A stretch of 60,211 nucleotides of DNA, counting the filler, from Sphacelaria rigidula (lineage: Eukaryota): assembly GCA_964200075.2 (NCBI GenBank). It is 10 parts of 10 records of this genome, joined end to end, with 100 filler letters (N's around TTAATTAATTAA, not from the genome) between each part and the next. Parts side by side here need not be neighbours in the genome. Positions count along the whole stretch, not along the records: positions 1 to 5,932 come from CAXNAA020023388.1; positions 6,033 to 11,963 come from CAXNAA020023389.1; positions 12,064 to 17,994 come from CAXNAA020023390.1; 7 more parts are not named here. One strand, 5' to 3'. The notes under the pieces are model-generated. The model did not search any database, was not told the origin of the DNA, and saw only the letters and a list, made by a program, of their open reading frames with translations. Shown one piece after another: positions 1 to 12,139 of this stretch; the stretch's first letter is position 1, and every line of letters starts with the position of its first letter. The position numbers and the translations under genes were made by a program.

Positions 1-18
1 CGATAAACGCCTCACTAG

Positions 19-243
19 GACATCAACGACCTCGGTGTAGCATTCTACAAAGGCGATGAGAGGCGGAGGACCTTCACCGTCAAGCTTGACAACACCAACG
101 GCGTAGATGACGAGGAATTCGAGTTCATCTCCAGCGGAGGTACTGAAGGCATGGAGTACTACTCGCTCGGCAGCGATGAAACCCAGGAGCTGTGCATTGA
201 GGCCGAGGACCTGGCCGATTCTGAATGGTTCAGCGTTACCGAG
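19..243 (+). CDS. Internal exon encoding an F5/8 type C (CBM32-like) carbohydrate-binding module
   Basis: ctag|GAC...GAG|gtgcgg, 225 nt, phase 0-0, no stops: DINDLGVAFYKGDERRRTFTVKLDNTNGVDDEEFEFISSGGTEGMEYYSLGSDETQELCIEAEDLADSEWFSVTE. The AFYKGDER, SSG and WxSVTE motifs resemble CBM32 modules appended to alginate lyases. Confidence 0.7.
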
Positions 244-3049
244 GTGCGGCTGATAGAGAAGTTGCTGGGTATTTCAAAATTGTCTCTTGTGCGAGTCAAG
301 CTTTGAGTGGCGCGGGGCTGGCCGAGTGTACACAAACCCTTCGAAAACAGTTGCCCAGAAACCAAAATCTGGTTGTCTCTGGATCATCATCTGTTTCGTA
401 TACCGAGGAACCTATAGTCACCATGTGTACGGCGTGCGTTTCAAACCTTACCGATCTGCCTGCTCCTTGGGTCGAGAACGCTTCCAGTGATCATCAATGT
501 GGGGCCTGGAGTCTGCGCTCGGCAATACTGGCGAGATGTATGCGTCGCCGACTTGTTTTCTCGTGGGAGATCGATCATCATCATGTTGATTGAGGTCCGT
601 TATAAACTATTCCAATACCGAGACAGTGCTCTACGCGCCACACTTTTGACAACCTCACCTAGCAGCGAATATACACCGTACTCGGCAGGCGTTCACCCCC
701 AATACCTGAGAACTTCGCAGCTTACATTCCACCACGAGCAACATCCAAGCGCCCCCACCCTTCCCCGCGGCTTTTCCTCTGCCTGTGCATACTCGTGGGC
801 GTTCATGCGGTGTTCGCAGGTGCTGTTCATGGTTAGCTTGTAAAGTCGCCTGCCACCCTGCTAACAATGTAGAGGGGTCGATAACCAGCGATCCACTGCG
901 CACACGATACCACGACGGCGAGCGTGGCGGTTCGGCACCCTCCTCAGCATCTTCCGAGTATCGCTTTCTGGGGTTGTTCGTTTGATAGCCATATACATAT
1001 ATATATAGAGAGAGAAGAGTTCCTTGCAGGGTAGAATGGTCAACTAGGACCTGAGGTTTGCTGGAAGTACAGGAGTACTGGACGCTTGGTTTCGGAAATG
1101 TTGTGTGTTACTCGTGGAAACGAAAACTCTTGTCTCCTGAGTCAACGGTAACGGCATATCTGGTCAAGCGTAGTGGCGAATAAAATGCGAATACGGCCGG
1201 GCATACTGCGCGGAGGTGGTAAGCGTGGAGCAGCGGCTGGCGCTTCGCCAATTGTTCGAAGCATACAGTGGAACATGGATGTTCTTGTCTCATTGTTGGC
1301 GTCGTGTGAAACGAATGACGGTTCGTACACGGTTCGTACACCGGAAAGTTTGAAAATGACACCCGTCATGGTGAATACAGTTGTCATGTAACAGTCCCAC
1401 AATCGTGTCGATCGATAGAAGATGTGTCAACATGGTAAATCACTAGAGCATTATCTCTGGCGGCGTGGTGCTCAGCGGAACGTTCCACCCGCACAGTAGA
1501 CCTTGCTATAGTAGCCCGCAATGCGTGAAAGGACCGCGTGCTTAGAGTAATCGATTTTGCCCGCACCAATTTCCCCGCAAGTGTATGATGGTTGATTGTA
1601 CCCTGAATGTGACGGTCAAACAGGGGTACTATGGTCACGAGTAATTGTCGGGTATTTCGGTGTTTTGTTTTACATGAGGGCATGATGAAACCGATGAGTT
1701 GGAACGATGTCAAACCATGAAGGAGTGTGGCTATGATTCGACGTATGAGGAAGCGATTGTATGGTAGATTACTAACCCCAGATGTAGACTGTGGATCAGG
1801 CTGAGATATGGGTCTGTGGATCAACTGGAGTGTGGTCTATCATGTGTTTGAGGTACGTTGGCTAGTTGCGTTTTCGGTTATGGGAAATTATGTTCGGTGG
1901 GCTTGATGAGGTTGATACGCAACCCACTTGCCCCACTCCACCTTACTCCACCTTGCTCCCCTAGACTTCAGCTTCTTGCTCCACTTTTCTACTCCTGCTT
2001 CCACCGTCGTCTTACGGGTTTCAGCAGTTAGTGAGTTTGTTGTGTTGAGCTTTGTGTATTGATTTCCAGGGTGATTGAGCACATTTGGTGTCGAGCATTT
2101 TTATGTATTTGTTTTCTGGTGTTGAGCCTTCAGCGCTGAGAAAATATACAATAAAAACAATTATTATGTGTATTTTTCTTCCAATTCGTTTTTGTATACG
2201 GACCTGCTTTGCTGACCGTGACCAGCTGCACCACAGAGTTTGTATCGTGGCACCCCAGCCACGAGGCACGAAAGTGCCCCTCTTCGACTTATCCTTCTCT
2301 CCGAACACCCATACGCGCGAGGTGTCGGTTCGTCTGGAATCGAGGCTCAGACTACGGTGGCTGTGAAGCTTGTAAGTCACCGACTATTTGGCGGCGAACT
2401 TGCGTAAACCCCCCTTCGTGCGGGCGCGGCATATAACCCAGCCCTTCCAACGCTTGCGAATTCCACCCGAACGGAGGCAGCAACTTGCGTGAAGTAATGT
2501 GTCATCACTTATCTATAAGGTGGTCTATAGTGCCAGTATCGGTAATCTCCCCAAGCCCCCCACCCCAGGCCAACCTCGACCCCAACCTCAATCCCAATCC
2601 CAGCCCTGACACTAGCGGAATGTAGACGATGAACAGGGCGCAGGATTGGCTGCCTCAGAGGCACTCACAGCATCAACGACAATAGTGCTGCGGGCAACGG
2701 GGTCCGGGCACCTCTGCACGGCCTCATGAATGAATCCTTGGGTAAAAAGAGTAAATGTTTCCGCGCGGGTAAATTAGGTGCTTTCACCCGCGCGGGGAGA
2801 ATACTATATCTCGGACAGCTCCTCGAGAATTTCCCGCGGGCGGGACGTTTTAGCGGAACGGTTGGGGGTGGATATGAATTTTTTCGCTCCGCTTGCGTTC
2901 GGACCAGAGGCTGAAAAATCACCGAGATTTCCGTGATTTTTTCAAGCTGAAAATACGACGGGGAGATGGGACTGGGAACTCCTAGATCGGGTAGAAATAA
3001 AAGCATTTGCAAGCCACTGGAAGTTGTCAGATTGGCTTTCCCCAGAGGT

Positions 3050-4020
3050 TCACGCACCATACTCTGTACAGTTTAGGTTCGAAGTATATCCGGGAGTGTT
3101 CAGCAAAACAAGAGCATCGTCAGAGCTGCAGCACATGCCTGCTAGCGGTAAGCTCCGACTGGTATCTGATGCGCCAAAAGATGACGATTTTGAACGTATG
3201 GAAGGAACGCTGACGGAAAGGGCAGGGCGCGCGATGTGGGCAATGACTTATCCGGATGACGCCGGCATAGTCTCGAGGACCCAAGACGGCCTTGCTAGAG
3301 TGATGGCAGTGGCAATGGTGACCTGCTAGGAGTTCGGACCGATGTTACCGGAGAGCAAAACCGAGTCTGTGCGCCTGTGGTCAGTATCCAGCTTCACAGA
3401 GACCGCCCTGCACACCAGCGCGTTCCATCGACGGTTTAAACAGACAAACAAGTGTTTTACCTTGGCAGTGCTGTCAGCGCGGATTTGAAAATGCCCATCT
3501 AAATCAACCGTCGCATCAGCGCGGCGTGGGCTCGCCTCCGAAAGTATAATCCTCAAATCTAGGATTGACCCAACACCCAGCAAACCCTTGAAAGTTCGGC
3601 TACCTACAGCAAAGGTGGCAGAAGCTCTGGTGTACGGATGTGCCACGTAGATGTCACGTTCTGAGGATTTCGGCAGTTTGTGCACTGCCCATCACAAGCT
3701 TTTGCTGCGAGTGGTTGGAATTTCGCAGGAAAGATCGTACCGGCTACAGGACTCTTTTGTACAGAGCTGTGCAGGAGATAACCAACTGCTGACGTATCGA
3801 GACGACTATCCGCGGGCGTCAACTCTGGATCGCGGGAGCCCTCGTTCAGCAGCAGGAAACACGCCTTTCCAAACGGATCACGCACCGACGTTGCGCCGCA
3901 CAAGAGCACAAGGAAGCTGCCCGGCCCCCTCAACACTGGGGGGGAAATCTCCAGGACAACTTATGTGCACTAGGAGTTGTTCCGCATGAAGGAACACGGC
4001 GGAAATGGTTCGTCTGCGGT
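3050..4020 (+). mobile_element. Decayed RTE-type LINE reverse transcriptase fragment
   Basis: MWAMTYPDDAGIVSRTQDGLARVMAV..C*EFG....SKTE (YADD region), then EALVYGCAT and AHHKLLLRVVG, with stops and frameshifts. Confidence 0.8.
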
Positions 4021-4344
4021 GCAGAGAATAACGACGCATACGATTGGGCTACTGCGGCAAATAATATGAGCAAATACCAGCCTGGATTCGTTCTTGAGGT
4101 TCAACATTTGGGTGAGGTTCAACTGACCATCGGAATTTCATAAGGCTCGGCTTTCGCAACCGGTTTCGACCATGTAACCCTAAACCAGAAGTTTCGGCAC
4201 GGCAGCGCAACCATGATGATGAGCAGTCCAACGGGAAAGCCGCCGTCATCGATTGTGCGGTATTGTTCTAGCAGGACCTGCGTCTAAGCGCTTCGGAACA
4301 CGTAACAACGCATGCTGAAAACATTTTTCTTTGGACTAGTCATC

Positions 4345-5932
4345 GAGTTTTCGAGCGCCTCTTGTTGAGTATCTGAGAGAGACTTCATATTGTTGCGCCG
4401 GCGACGACCGCCGTCAGCGAAACGATCCAATGCGGCGACAGACGCCGGCGATCTTTGAAACGCAGCATCATTCAGCAGTCTGCAGAGATATACCATCACC
4501 TACAGTACAGTCGTTAGTTGGATAAAGTGGATGCCCCACAATAAAGCTGCAGACACACACAACGGGGGTAAGGGTTAGTCCCACGCTTGGCGTTGTTTCG
4601 CCAGTAGTGCCCATGCGAGGCGCTTCATCCAGTCTGAACCAGCTATCACGCCTCGTATGACCACTTCCGCCGGGGCTGTGTTGAGAACCGGTTCCGCGGT
4701 GGGGCTGTCGAACAATACTACTGTAGGGCTACGCGCTTGCAAAATCCTAGCCGTTTCTCTAAATTCAAAACCCGCATCAGCTGCAGTTTGAATACCCCTG
4801 CAGACGGTCCCAAACGGAGTCTATTTTAATTTTTTTTATATCCCTCCAGACGGTCCCAAACAGAGTCTGATCCAGCGACGGCAAGCGCTGGTACCCTCCC
4901 CCTCAGATAGGATTTGTGGCAACTGTGGGGGTATTTGGGGAACATCGCTGGGAATGAAACATGTAGAATACTATTCAGGGGTATCGTAGGACGTCTTTCC
5001 CTGTTTAAAAATTGAAATTTCCTTGCTTGAAGGCTTTATACCCGTTACAATGAACGCCTGCTTTCCAAGAAAATCATCTTGAGTTCAGGACTTCCCCTTG
5101 GATCTAATCCTAACCTTCTAAGGTTGTCACAAATCCTATTTGAGGGGGAGGGTGCCAGCGCTTTCCGTCGCTGGATCAGACCCCGTTTGGGACCGTCAGC
5201 AGAAATATTCAAACTACAGCTGATGCGGGTTCTACATTTAAAGAAATGGCTCGGGTTTTGCAAGCCCGATGCACTACAGTAGTATTGTTCGACAGCCTCA
5301 CCGCGAAAAACAAAGTTTTCGTGACATTGAGAGTAGAGCGCTGATTGAGAGTGGCTTGGATTATTCGCTTTAACTTAGCCATTTTTCCATTCCGTGTGTG
5401 CTCTTCTTTGCCTCTATCACTGGCGTGTGCTCAGTGTCAAGCTACTGCAGAAACCATATCGGGCCTCGTGGAGGGACATTTCGGAACTAAAACGATTCAT
5501 TCACTAATTAACCGCTTTTGACAGTCAATCATATCCTCTACTCTCAATCTCGCGAAAACATTGTTGAAACCGGTTTTCAACACAGCCACGGCGGAAGTGG
5601 TCATACGAGGCGTGATAGCTGGTTCAGACTGGATGAAGCGACTCGCATGGGCACTACTGGCGAAACAACGCCAAGCGTGGGACTAACCCTTACCCCCGTT
5701 GTGTGTGTCTGCAGCTTTATTGTGGGGCATCCACTTTATCCAACTAACGACTGTACTGTAGTGATGCTGTACTGTAGGTGATGGTATATCTCTGCAGACT
5801 GCTGAATGGTGCTGCGTTTCAAAGATCGCCGGCGTCTGTCGCCGCATTGGATCGTTTCGCTGACGGCGGTCGTCGCCGGCGCAACAATATGAAGTCTCTC
5901 TCAGATACTCAACAAGAGGCGCTCGAAAACTC
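4345..5932. repeat. Long inverted repeat (foldback-like); arms ~4345-4924 and ~5122-5932, right arm cut by the contig end
   Basis: Near-identical ORF translations on opposite strands (4284-4499 minus, 5778+ plus); manual reverse-complement alignment of both arms. Confidence 0.85.
5308..5566. mobile_element. MITE with ~30-bp TIRs and 2-bp TSD (AA), inserted in the right foldback arm
   Basis: Ends aaacaaagttttcgtgacattgagagtagag / ctctactctcaatctcgcgaaaacattgttg. The opposite arm has the empty site cgcggaaccgg. Other copies at 12983-13275 and, partially, ~6710-6870. Confidence 0.8.
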
Positions 5933-6032
5933 NNNNNNNNNNNNNNNNNNNNNNNNNNNNNNNNNNNNNNNNNNNNTTAATTAATTAANNNNNNNNNNNN
6001 NNNNNNNNNNNNNNNNNNNNNNNNNNNNNNNN
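5933..6032. other. Artificial contig linker (also 11964-12063, 17995-18094, 24026-24125, 30057-30156, 36088-36187, 42119-42218, 48150-48249, 54181-54280)
   Basis: N-run, TTAATTAATTAA (stops in all six frames), N-run; 100 bp each, spaced every 6031 bp. Confidence 0.99.
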
Positions 6033-6056
6033 TGCGGAAATAATAATAATAATAAC

Positions 6057-6560
6057 AGTGTCTAGGGGCGAGTCTCTGAGGATCACGTCCATCCTTCCTA
6101 TCTGTCCCCTACCCCTTTCTATTACTTTGTTTATGTGTGCATCCCAAGAACAGTATATTTAGATCTCTACGCCAAGGTACGTATATTGGTCTATGATCGG
6201 CAGTTCCTCTTCTCCCCATTTCCATTTGAACTCTACCGGGTTTTTCATATCTTCGTTACAGACGAGTACCGCGCATTTGCTGATATTCGCTGCCCCTCTC
6301 CATTTCCTAGTGTATTCTAGCGCCTTGTTTATTCGTTTTTGCAACCCCTCTGTTGTTCCTGAAATCCCCACGAAATCATTTGCGAACACCAAAGCTGATA
6401 TCACATCTTCATCCACCTTGACTCCTTGGTTTGCTGCTTCTATTGCTATCATCAAGGCATTACTTAACGAATACCTTGAATAAAGTGGGTGATAACGTAC
6501 ATCGTTGTGCAACTCCTTGTAAAATATCAAAATATTTCGATATTTCCCCGTCTAGCATTC
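6057..6560 (-). mobile_element. LINE RT fragment (second family)
   Basis: FDILQGVAQRCTLSPTLF...ALVFANDFVGISGTTEGLQKRINKALEYTRKWR..ANISKCAV..YTYLGV; homologous to 38690-39160. Confidence 0.85.
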
Positions 6561-8066
6561 TCCAGTGTGGGGAGTGCTTGAATAAAATGAAAAGGATGCT
6601 CGGAACTTGGCGCTTGTACATGTGCAGATATGCATATTATTATGTACCTGAGGATTCTAGGTTCAAGATCGTTGGAGAGCTATTACAGTCGTTTGCTCAT
6701 CGGATTGCTGACGTCGATATCCTACTCAGAGATATCGAGGGTCTCAGTGGCAAGCTACTACAGAAAGCATATCGGGCCTCGTTGGGGAGCATTTCGGAAC
6801 AGAAACTATTCATTCACCAATTGACCGATTCTCACTCTCAATTGTATTCTCTACTCTCAATCTAACTGAAACGTTATTTGAAGTCGTTCATCACGAGCAA
6901 TAACCCGTGTGCTCGAGTCATTTACTTCTCCACCACGAGCAATGACTCGAGTACTCGCCCTACTATTTTTTCCACAACGAGAAATGACTCGAATGCTCGC
7001 CGTATTTGTTTTTCCACAACGAGCAATGACTCGAGGACACGCCCTATTACTACTCGAGGCCAACGAGCAGCCCAACGAGTACGAGTGTCACGAGTCATAC
7101 TCGTACTCGTCAGACGCGTGGAAATATTTTGAGCCTTTTAAAGCTCGAGGGTAGTCCATCTGGAGCATGTACACGTTTTCCCTGTGAAATGGATGCCTAG
7201 CAGATGACCTATACGTACTCTCGCTGTCTAAGTCAGGGTTGAGGGCTACAATACCACAAATGAGCACTTCCTGCAGTCAAAAGAATAAGGGAGGGGAATA
7301 TATCTATAATAGGTCTACGTGTTTATCATGTGAATGACGAAAAACGAAGAGTATAACATATGACAGCATGCGAACAAGCAAAAACTGCATCCCTTAGGGC
7401 GGGGGAAGAATAAGGATTCGCCCCATACTTTTTGTCAGTCTTGTGTTACCGACAAAAAAGGTACTGATACCCACGAACTCTGAGTCAGCTTTTTCATTTC
7501 GAGTACGTTTGAGCACATCTGTACGCGTGGTGCTTACCGTGCTGTAAAATATGAGTGACACAGACGAGCACAGCTGCACGTGTGATGAGACAACAGTACT
7601 ATACCGACCGCACCACCGCCGCGAAATGCGAGCACGGTTGGTTGTAGTCCCGCCACTACTTTTGACACAACTGCTATAGTACGGCCTTTTGGGCAACATC
7701 GGCGGTTCCTTTTGGCATCTGAGCAATCATACATCATCCCCGCTCGCCACATCATCGGATGGTTCGCTCGTTTTCACCAACGCATTAACCCTTAGGCCAT
7801 TGAACTATAGATGGAAGTAAGAACGCGGCGTGAGAGTGGGGAGAGTGATTCTGACGGGTCTGGTATTTTTTTCTTTTGTCCTTCCAGTTGATTGCCGATT
7901 AGCTCTCTCCACCAATGTGACGAAGCTCAGCGGCGTTGTGAGATAGCACGATGTGCAGGTCTGCTCGTAGACCCTGGGGTCCGTGACGAGTTTTATCGCG
8001 TTTGTTACTGTCATTATTGTGGGTCGTTGAGCGCGGTTACAAGCCGCAGGCCCCACGGTTGACACT

Positions 8067-8440
8067 TGTTGGCGCTTGGCTTGCTCGCTGGCCTAGTTAC
8101 TTGTGCTACCCTGGCGCATCGCCACGCCCTGCTCCAATGGCTGCGCCCCGGCTGTACTAGGTTAGAGAGCTGCTTGCAGGTATGATATAATGCTATCAAC
8201 ATGTGATTCTCCAATTTCCTGGCAGTATAAATGAAAAACTTACTGTATTGTGTGCTGGATGGATAAGCTAAGGTCTGTATGATGTACCCAAGTTGGGAGT
8301 TTGGTGAGCTGGAACCATGGTAACCCCTGGCACTCATACTGAGAGACCCCAGTCAATGTATTAGCTATACGCCATCTGTATCACACCATTGGAAGCGTAA
8401 GAAAAGAAGAAACAACGCCAGAATCGCTCTCACTCTCACA
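8067..8440 (-). mobile_element. Putative 3' LTR preceded by a PPT-like tract (8441-8456)
   Basis: Minus strand reads aaaagtgggaatgcct|TGTGAGAG...CCAACA, with TG..CA termini, downstream of a Gypsy chromodomain in the same orientation. Confidence 0.45.
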
Positions 8441-8577
8441 AGGCATTCCCACTTTTATTGTCTCGTATAGTGAACGTATTCTATTTATCAGGGCGAGAAA
8501 AGGCTATCTGTTGAATCGGCATTAATTCCACTTGAAAAAAATATCCATGATCCAGATAGACTATCCTCGCGGCTTAA

Positions 8578-8723
8578 CCCTTTTGTAATGCGTGAGAGGA
8601 CCGCGTGCTTAGAGGTTGACCCTTGGGCCGCGTTGCGGGTAGTCCATCTGAATCACGCATACTTCTTAAAGTGAAAGTGATGCCAATTCCACAGGTGACC
8701 GACCTACCCTCGCTGTCAATGGG
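8578..8723. mobile_element. piggyBac-type MITE
   Basis: TTAA|CCC...GGG|TTAA termini; related degenerate sequences at ~7155-7242 and ~46498-46714. Confidence 0.55.
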
Positions 8724-8767
8724 TTAAAAAAGCCAACATTCAAAAACGATTTGTTCTCTTGAGGGTA

Positions 8768-8860
8768 TTGTATTGTTGATGTTGATGTTGTTGTTGTTGC
8801 TGTTGTTGACGACGACGACGACGACGACGACGATGATGATGATGCTGATGATGCTGATGC

Positions 8861-8904
<44 letters not shown>
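8768..8904. repeat. Compound trinucleotide microsatellite (GTT/GAC/GAT)n
   Basis: Read directly from the sequence. Confidence 0.95.
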
Positions 8905-9002
8905 TCCTTACATTAAAAATACCATTCCGACCGATGTCTGCGCTGTACTTGTGTTTCCGTACTAGACATGTGATGCGGGTCCCTTACAGGCCGGTTCACG
9001 CA

Positions 9003-9290
9003 TTTTTTATTTCATTTATCTGTCGCACTTTGAACCCCTCCCCTTCCTCGGGATGAATCCGTAGTCTCAAGGGATCAATCCATCTCTCCCCCGGTAAATG
9101 CTTCGCATTTTGGTCTCGCGGATTGGGTCAGCACTCCCGCACCGCGTCAACTCACGCCAAACAACTCAGTCGAATACTTTGTTCACTCACGTTTTCACAA
9201 TTACCACGGTGGAAATCAATGCATCGGGAATCAAACCCTCGTTCCCTCCACCCTAATAGCGAGAGTCGCACCATTATACCACCGGGGCAC
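9003..9290 (-). mobile_element. tRNA-derived SINE, copy 1
   Basis: Pol III A box (TGGTATAATGG) and B box (GGTTTGATTCC); body and tail align over ~290 bp with 53708-54020. Confidence 0.85.
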
Positions 9291-10675
9291 GGCATTACAT
9301 CCAAACTTCTGTCATCAGCCAATGCCTTCAGAAATACGCACCCAATAGTCGCATGCATAGTATCATACTGGCCGCGATGAACAGCTGAAGAGGGTGACAT
9401 AGTCGGATTTGTGTTCAAGGCTATAGCGGTGGCGCTATTGACGAAAATGGGTCTCGACCAATCAGCGCCCTTGAAACTGTTTTGACATTTAAAACACGAA
9501 TTCCAAGCCCAATTTTCACGGAATCCCCGCATGCTTTGAATCGTAGTGACCACCATCAGCTCGGGAATCTAACGGGAGAAATAGATGTGAAAATTGCATT
9601 CTAGGAAAGATTTTATAGCTTCTTCGCTCTCTACCGGTTCCCGGGGGCCCCAGTGTAAAGACCCCCTACGAAGATACTATAACGACCCCCGGAAGGCGGT
9701 ACATAACCCCTAAACAAAACGGATGATGTGGCGCATCCCAGAATAGTCCAAGAAACATATGTACAAAGTTTGGTTGATAAACTCGAAGGCCTGATGCAGC
9801 TTTTCTTGCCTAGACCTTGTCGTAAAGTTCACCCCAAAAAGACGTTTTCATACTAAAACCCAGTAGTGAATAGTTTACACGTTTCAAGCTCACATCCTCG
9901 CACAAACGCGCAAACCTTCACGTGGTTATGACGAGTTGGTTCCTGAAACTTTGTACAAATGTACTGTGGGTCATTATGCAAGTTTCGATCAACGACGTGC
10001 TTTTACTTCTAAACTTGTTTGCCGTTTCTTCTGGGGTCCGACGGCATCCAAGTCGTTTTTCGCAGTAGTCTCCATTCTGGTACCCCGGAAAAGCGGTACT
10101 ACGATATCCTTTCATTTTTTTCGCAAACGATCTGTCGCCGTATAACCCAAGGAAGGGTCCCACACAGTTTCGTGGCCAAACTCGACTAACTGGTGCTTGA
10201 ATTTACATGTTCACGTCGAAGAAGGCCCCAAAGCGCTATGTTTATATGTGATGGTAAATGACTGAGTGCCTGAATTAAAACTAGTTCCTTGTGGATATGC
10301 AGATGATCCCTAGAAACGACCAGCGGGTATGGAAAGATTCTTGTCGAATGTGTGTTTGTATGAGGCAGGAGTTGGATCCTTTCATTATTGACACAACGGC
10401 TTGAAGGTAGATACAGGATTGTACCCGATTAGCCGCGTGTATCTGCTGCTACTACAGCTTTGATTGGCTTAAGGTACAGTGCGCCACGCTGAGTGGTATT
10501 TATATGACGAGATTGTATGCGTAGCTACGAGTCTTTTAGGGTAATCGTGTGCCGCATCGCCTACGATGCTCACTTGCAACGCACCTGCCAGAGAAATAGC
10601 TACCGTAGAACTAATCACAAGAAGGACCATCAGCTTTTCATCTGCTCTACGCGACGTCTCATCTTTTGCCGGCAA
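9290..10675 (-). pseudogene. Decayed intronless ORF with an N-terminal hydrophobic anchor and SGNH/GDS-like motifs
   Basis: MPAKDETSRRADEKLMVLLVISSTVAISLAGAL at the start. One frame from ~9840 to 9290 with three TAG stops: TLYICFLDYSGMRHII...CNFHIYFSR...KGADWSRPIFVNS...YDTMH...ALADDRSLDVMP. Confidence 0.4.
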
Positions 10676-11644
10676 GCCGTGACGAGCTATAACACGAGTA
10701 AGCCACGAGTAATATAACCCCTTTTATGTGTCACTTGGTGTTTCCTTTTCCGAAAGAGCTCGGTGATTACTTCCAATTGTAGCTGTCTGCTGTTGACGAG
10801 TGCCTTGTGCGAGAGAAACCTACAGTTTGAGTGTAACAAGTCAATCCAGGACCGCCGGCAGACACCTCACAAGGGTGTGGCTTGCTTGCGTTCGACGTAT
10901 ACGGTTCTACTGCTTGCGGTATTGCCGATACCGCCACATACACTAAAATCTAGTAGTTCGCGGTTTCACCGTGGCACGGCAAGGTTCACCGCACTAACTC
11001 GAGAACATTCACGTCGTTTTTAAGAGTTGAATCATGAAATTTTACCTAAATATGCTATGAGTCATCACGCAACTTTGGATGAACGAGGTACTTATGTATT
11101 TTCTAACCGTTTCACGGGGGTTCGACTACATCGAAGTTTCCCACAAAACCCTGGGACCCCCGGAAAACAGTGAATAGGTCTAAACATAAAAATGCCTCGA
11201 CTTTCGATAGATGCGTAATGACCCATAGCACATTTGTTCAAATTTCAAAGTCTAAAAACCTCCTTGAAACGGCATAAAGTTTTGCCGATGAGTGTTCTTC
11301 GCGTTTGTCGCCTCTGCCAGACGATCTGGACAAGAGGATTATCCACCAGGGACTCCTCCAGTAGCACTGGCCTCGTGCTCGACAAAGTCCTTTCTTCTCA
11401 TTTGTTATTATTACGGAGTGATCCTCAACAGACCACATCAAGAGCCAGACAGCAAGGGGCCACACAGATGAGGGTCATCAATCCAGGATCCCCTGTCCCC
11501 TGCGACTGCTCCAATCATGCATGCGATTATACTGAAACCTACTGCTTCGTATCATTCAGCTACAGCACCCCTAAAGCGAGTTCAAGACAAACGAACGAGC
11601 TTGACAACCAACAAAAAACTAAGGCGAAATCGCATGCGCCAGAT

Positions 11645-11963
11645 CACAAAGAAATACCATACTCCGACTCTAATTCACTGGTCAGCGCTAGAGTCAACCG
11701 CATTTTACTCAGTTCCTTCAAAACAAATTCAGGCGCTGAAGAATGAATCTTGCGAAGATACTCCCACGTACGTTCTTCAGCACCGAACCCTTCCCAATCG
11801 ACCAAAACAATGACATCACCATTTATTTATCACCCTCAGCGACGTGCACCAAAGCATTCATCCGACATTCACCTTGAGCATACGAATGCTGAAATACAGA
11901 GCAATGCTACCGTAGGAGTGCACTTTTTTCGCGAAGTTTTGTCTGGTTCAGGGGCTCCTAACG
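11645..11963 (-). mobile_element. C-terminus of a Ty3/Gypsy integrase with chromodomain (pseudogenised)
   Basis: SVFQHSYAQGECRM.ALVHVAEGD (frameshift) GDVIVLVDWEGFGAEERTWEYLRKIHSSAPEFVLKELSKMRLTLALTSELESEYGISL*; chromodomain V-x-W-x-G-F...TWE motif. Confidence 0.75.
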
Positions 11964-12108
11964 NNNNNNNNNNNNNNNNNNNNNNNNNNNNNNNNNNNNN
12001 NNNNNNNTTAATTAATTAANNNNNNNNNNNNNNNNNNNNNNNNNNNNNNNNNNNNNNNNNNNNTGTTGGCCCTTACGCTCCCCCCTATGTCTCTTTGATT
12101 GTGAAAGT

Positions 12109-12139
<31 letters not shown>

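Noticed and set aside
250..2440. Coding or retroelement remnant in contig 1
   Set aside because: Looks like decayed coding or LTR-like sequence, but no frame gave a recognisable motif.
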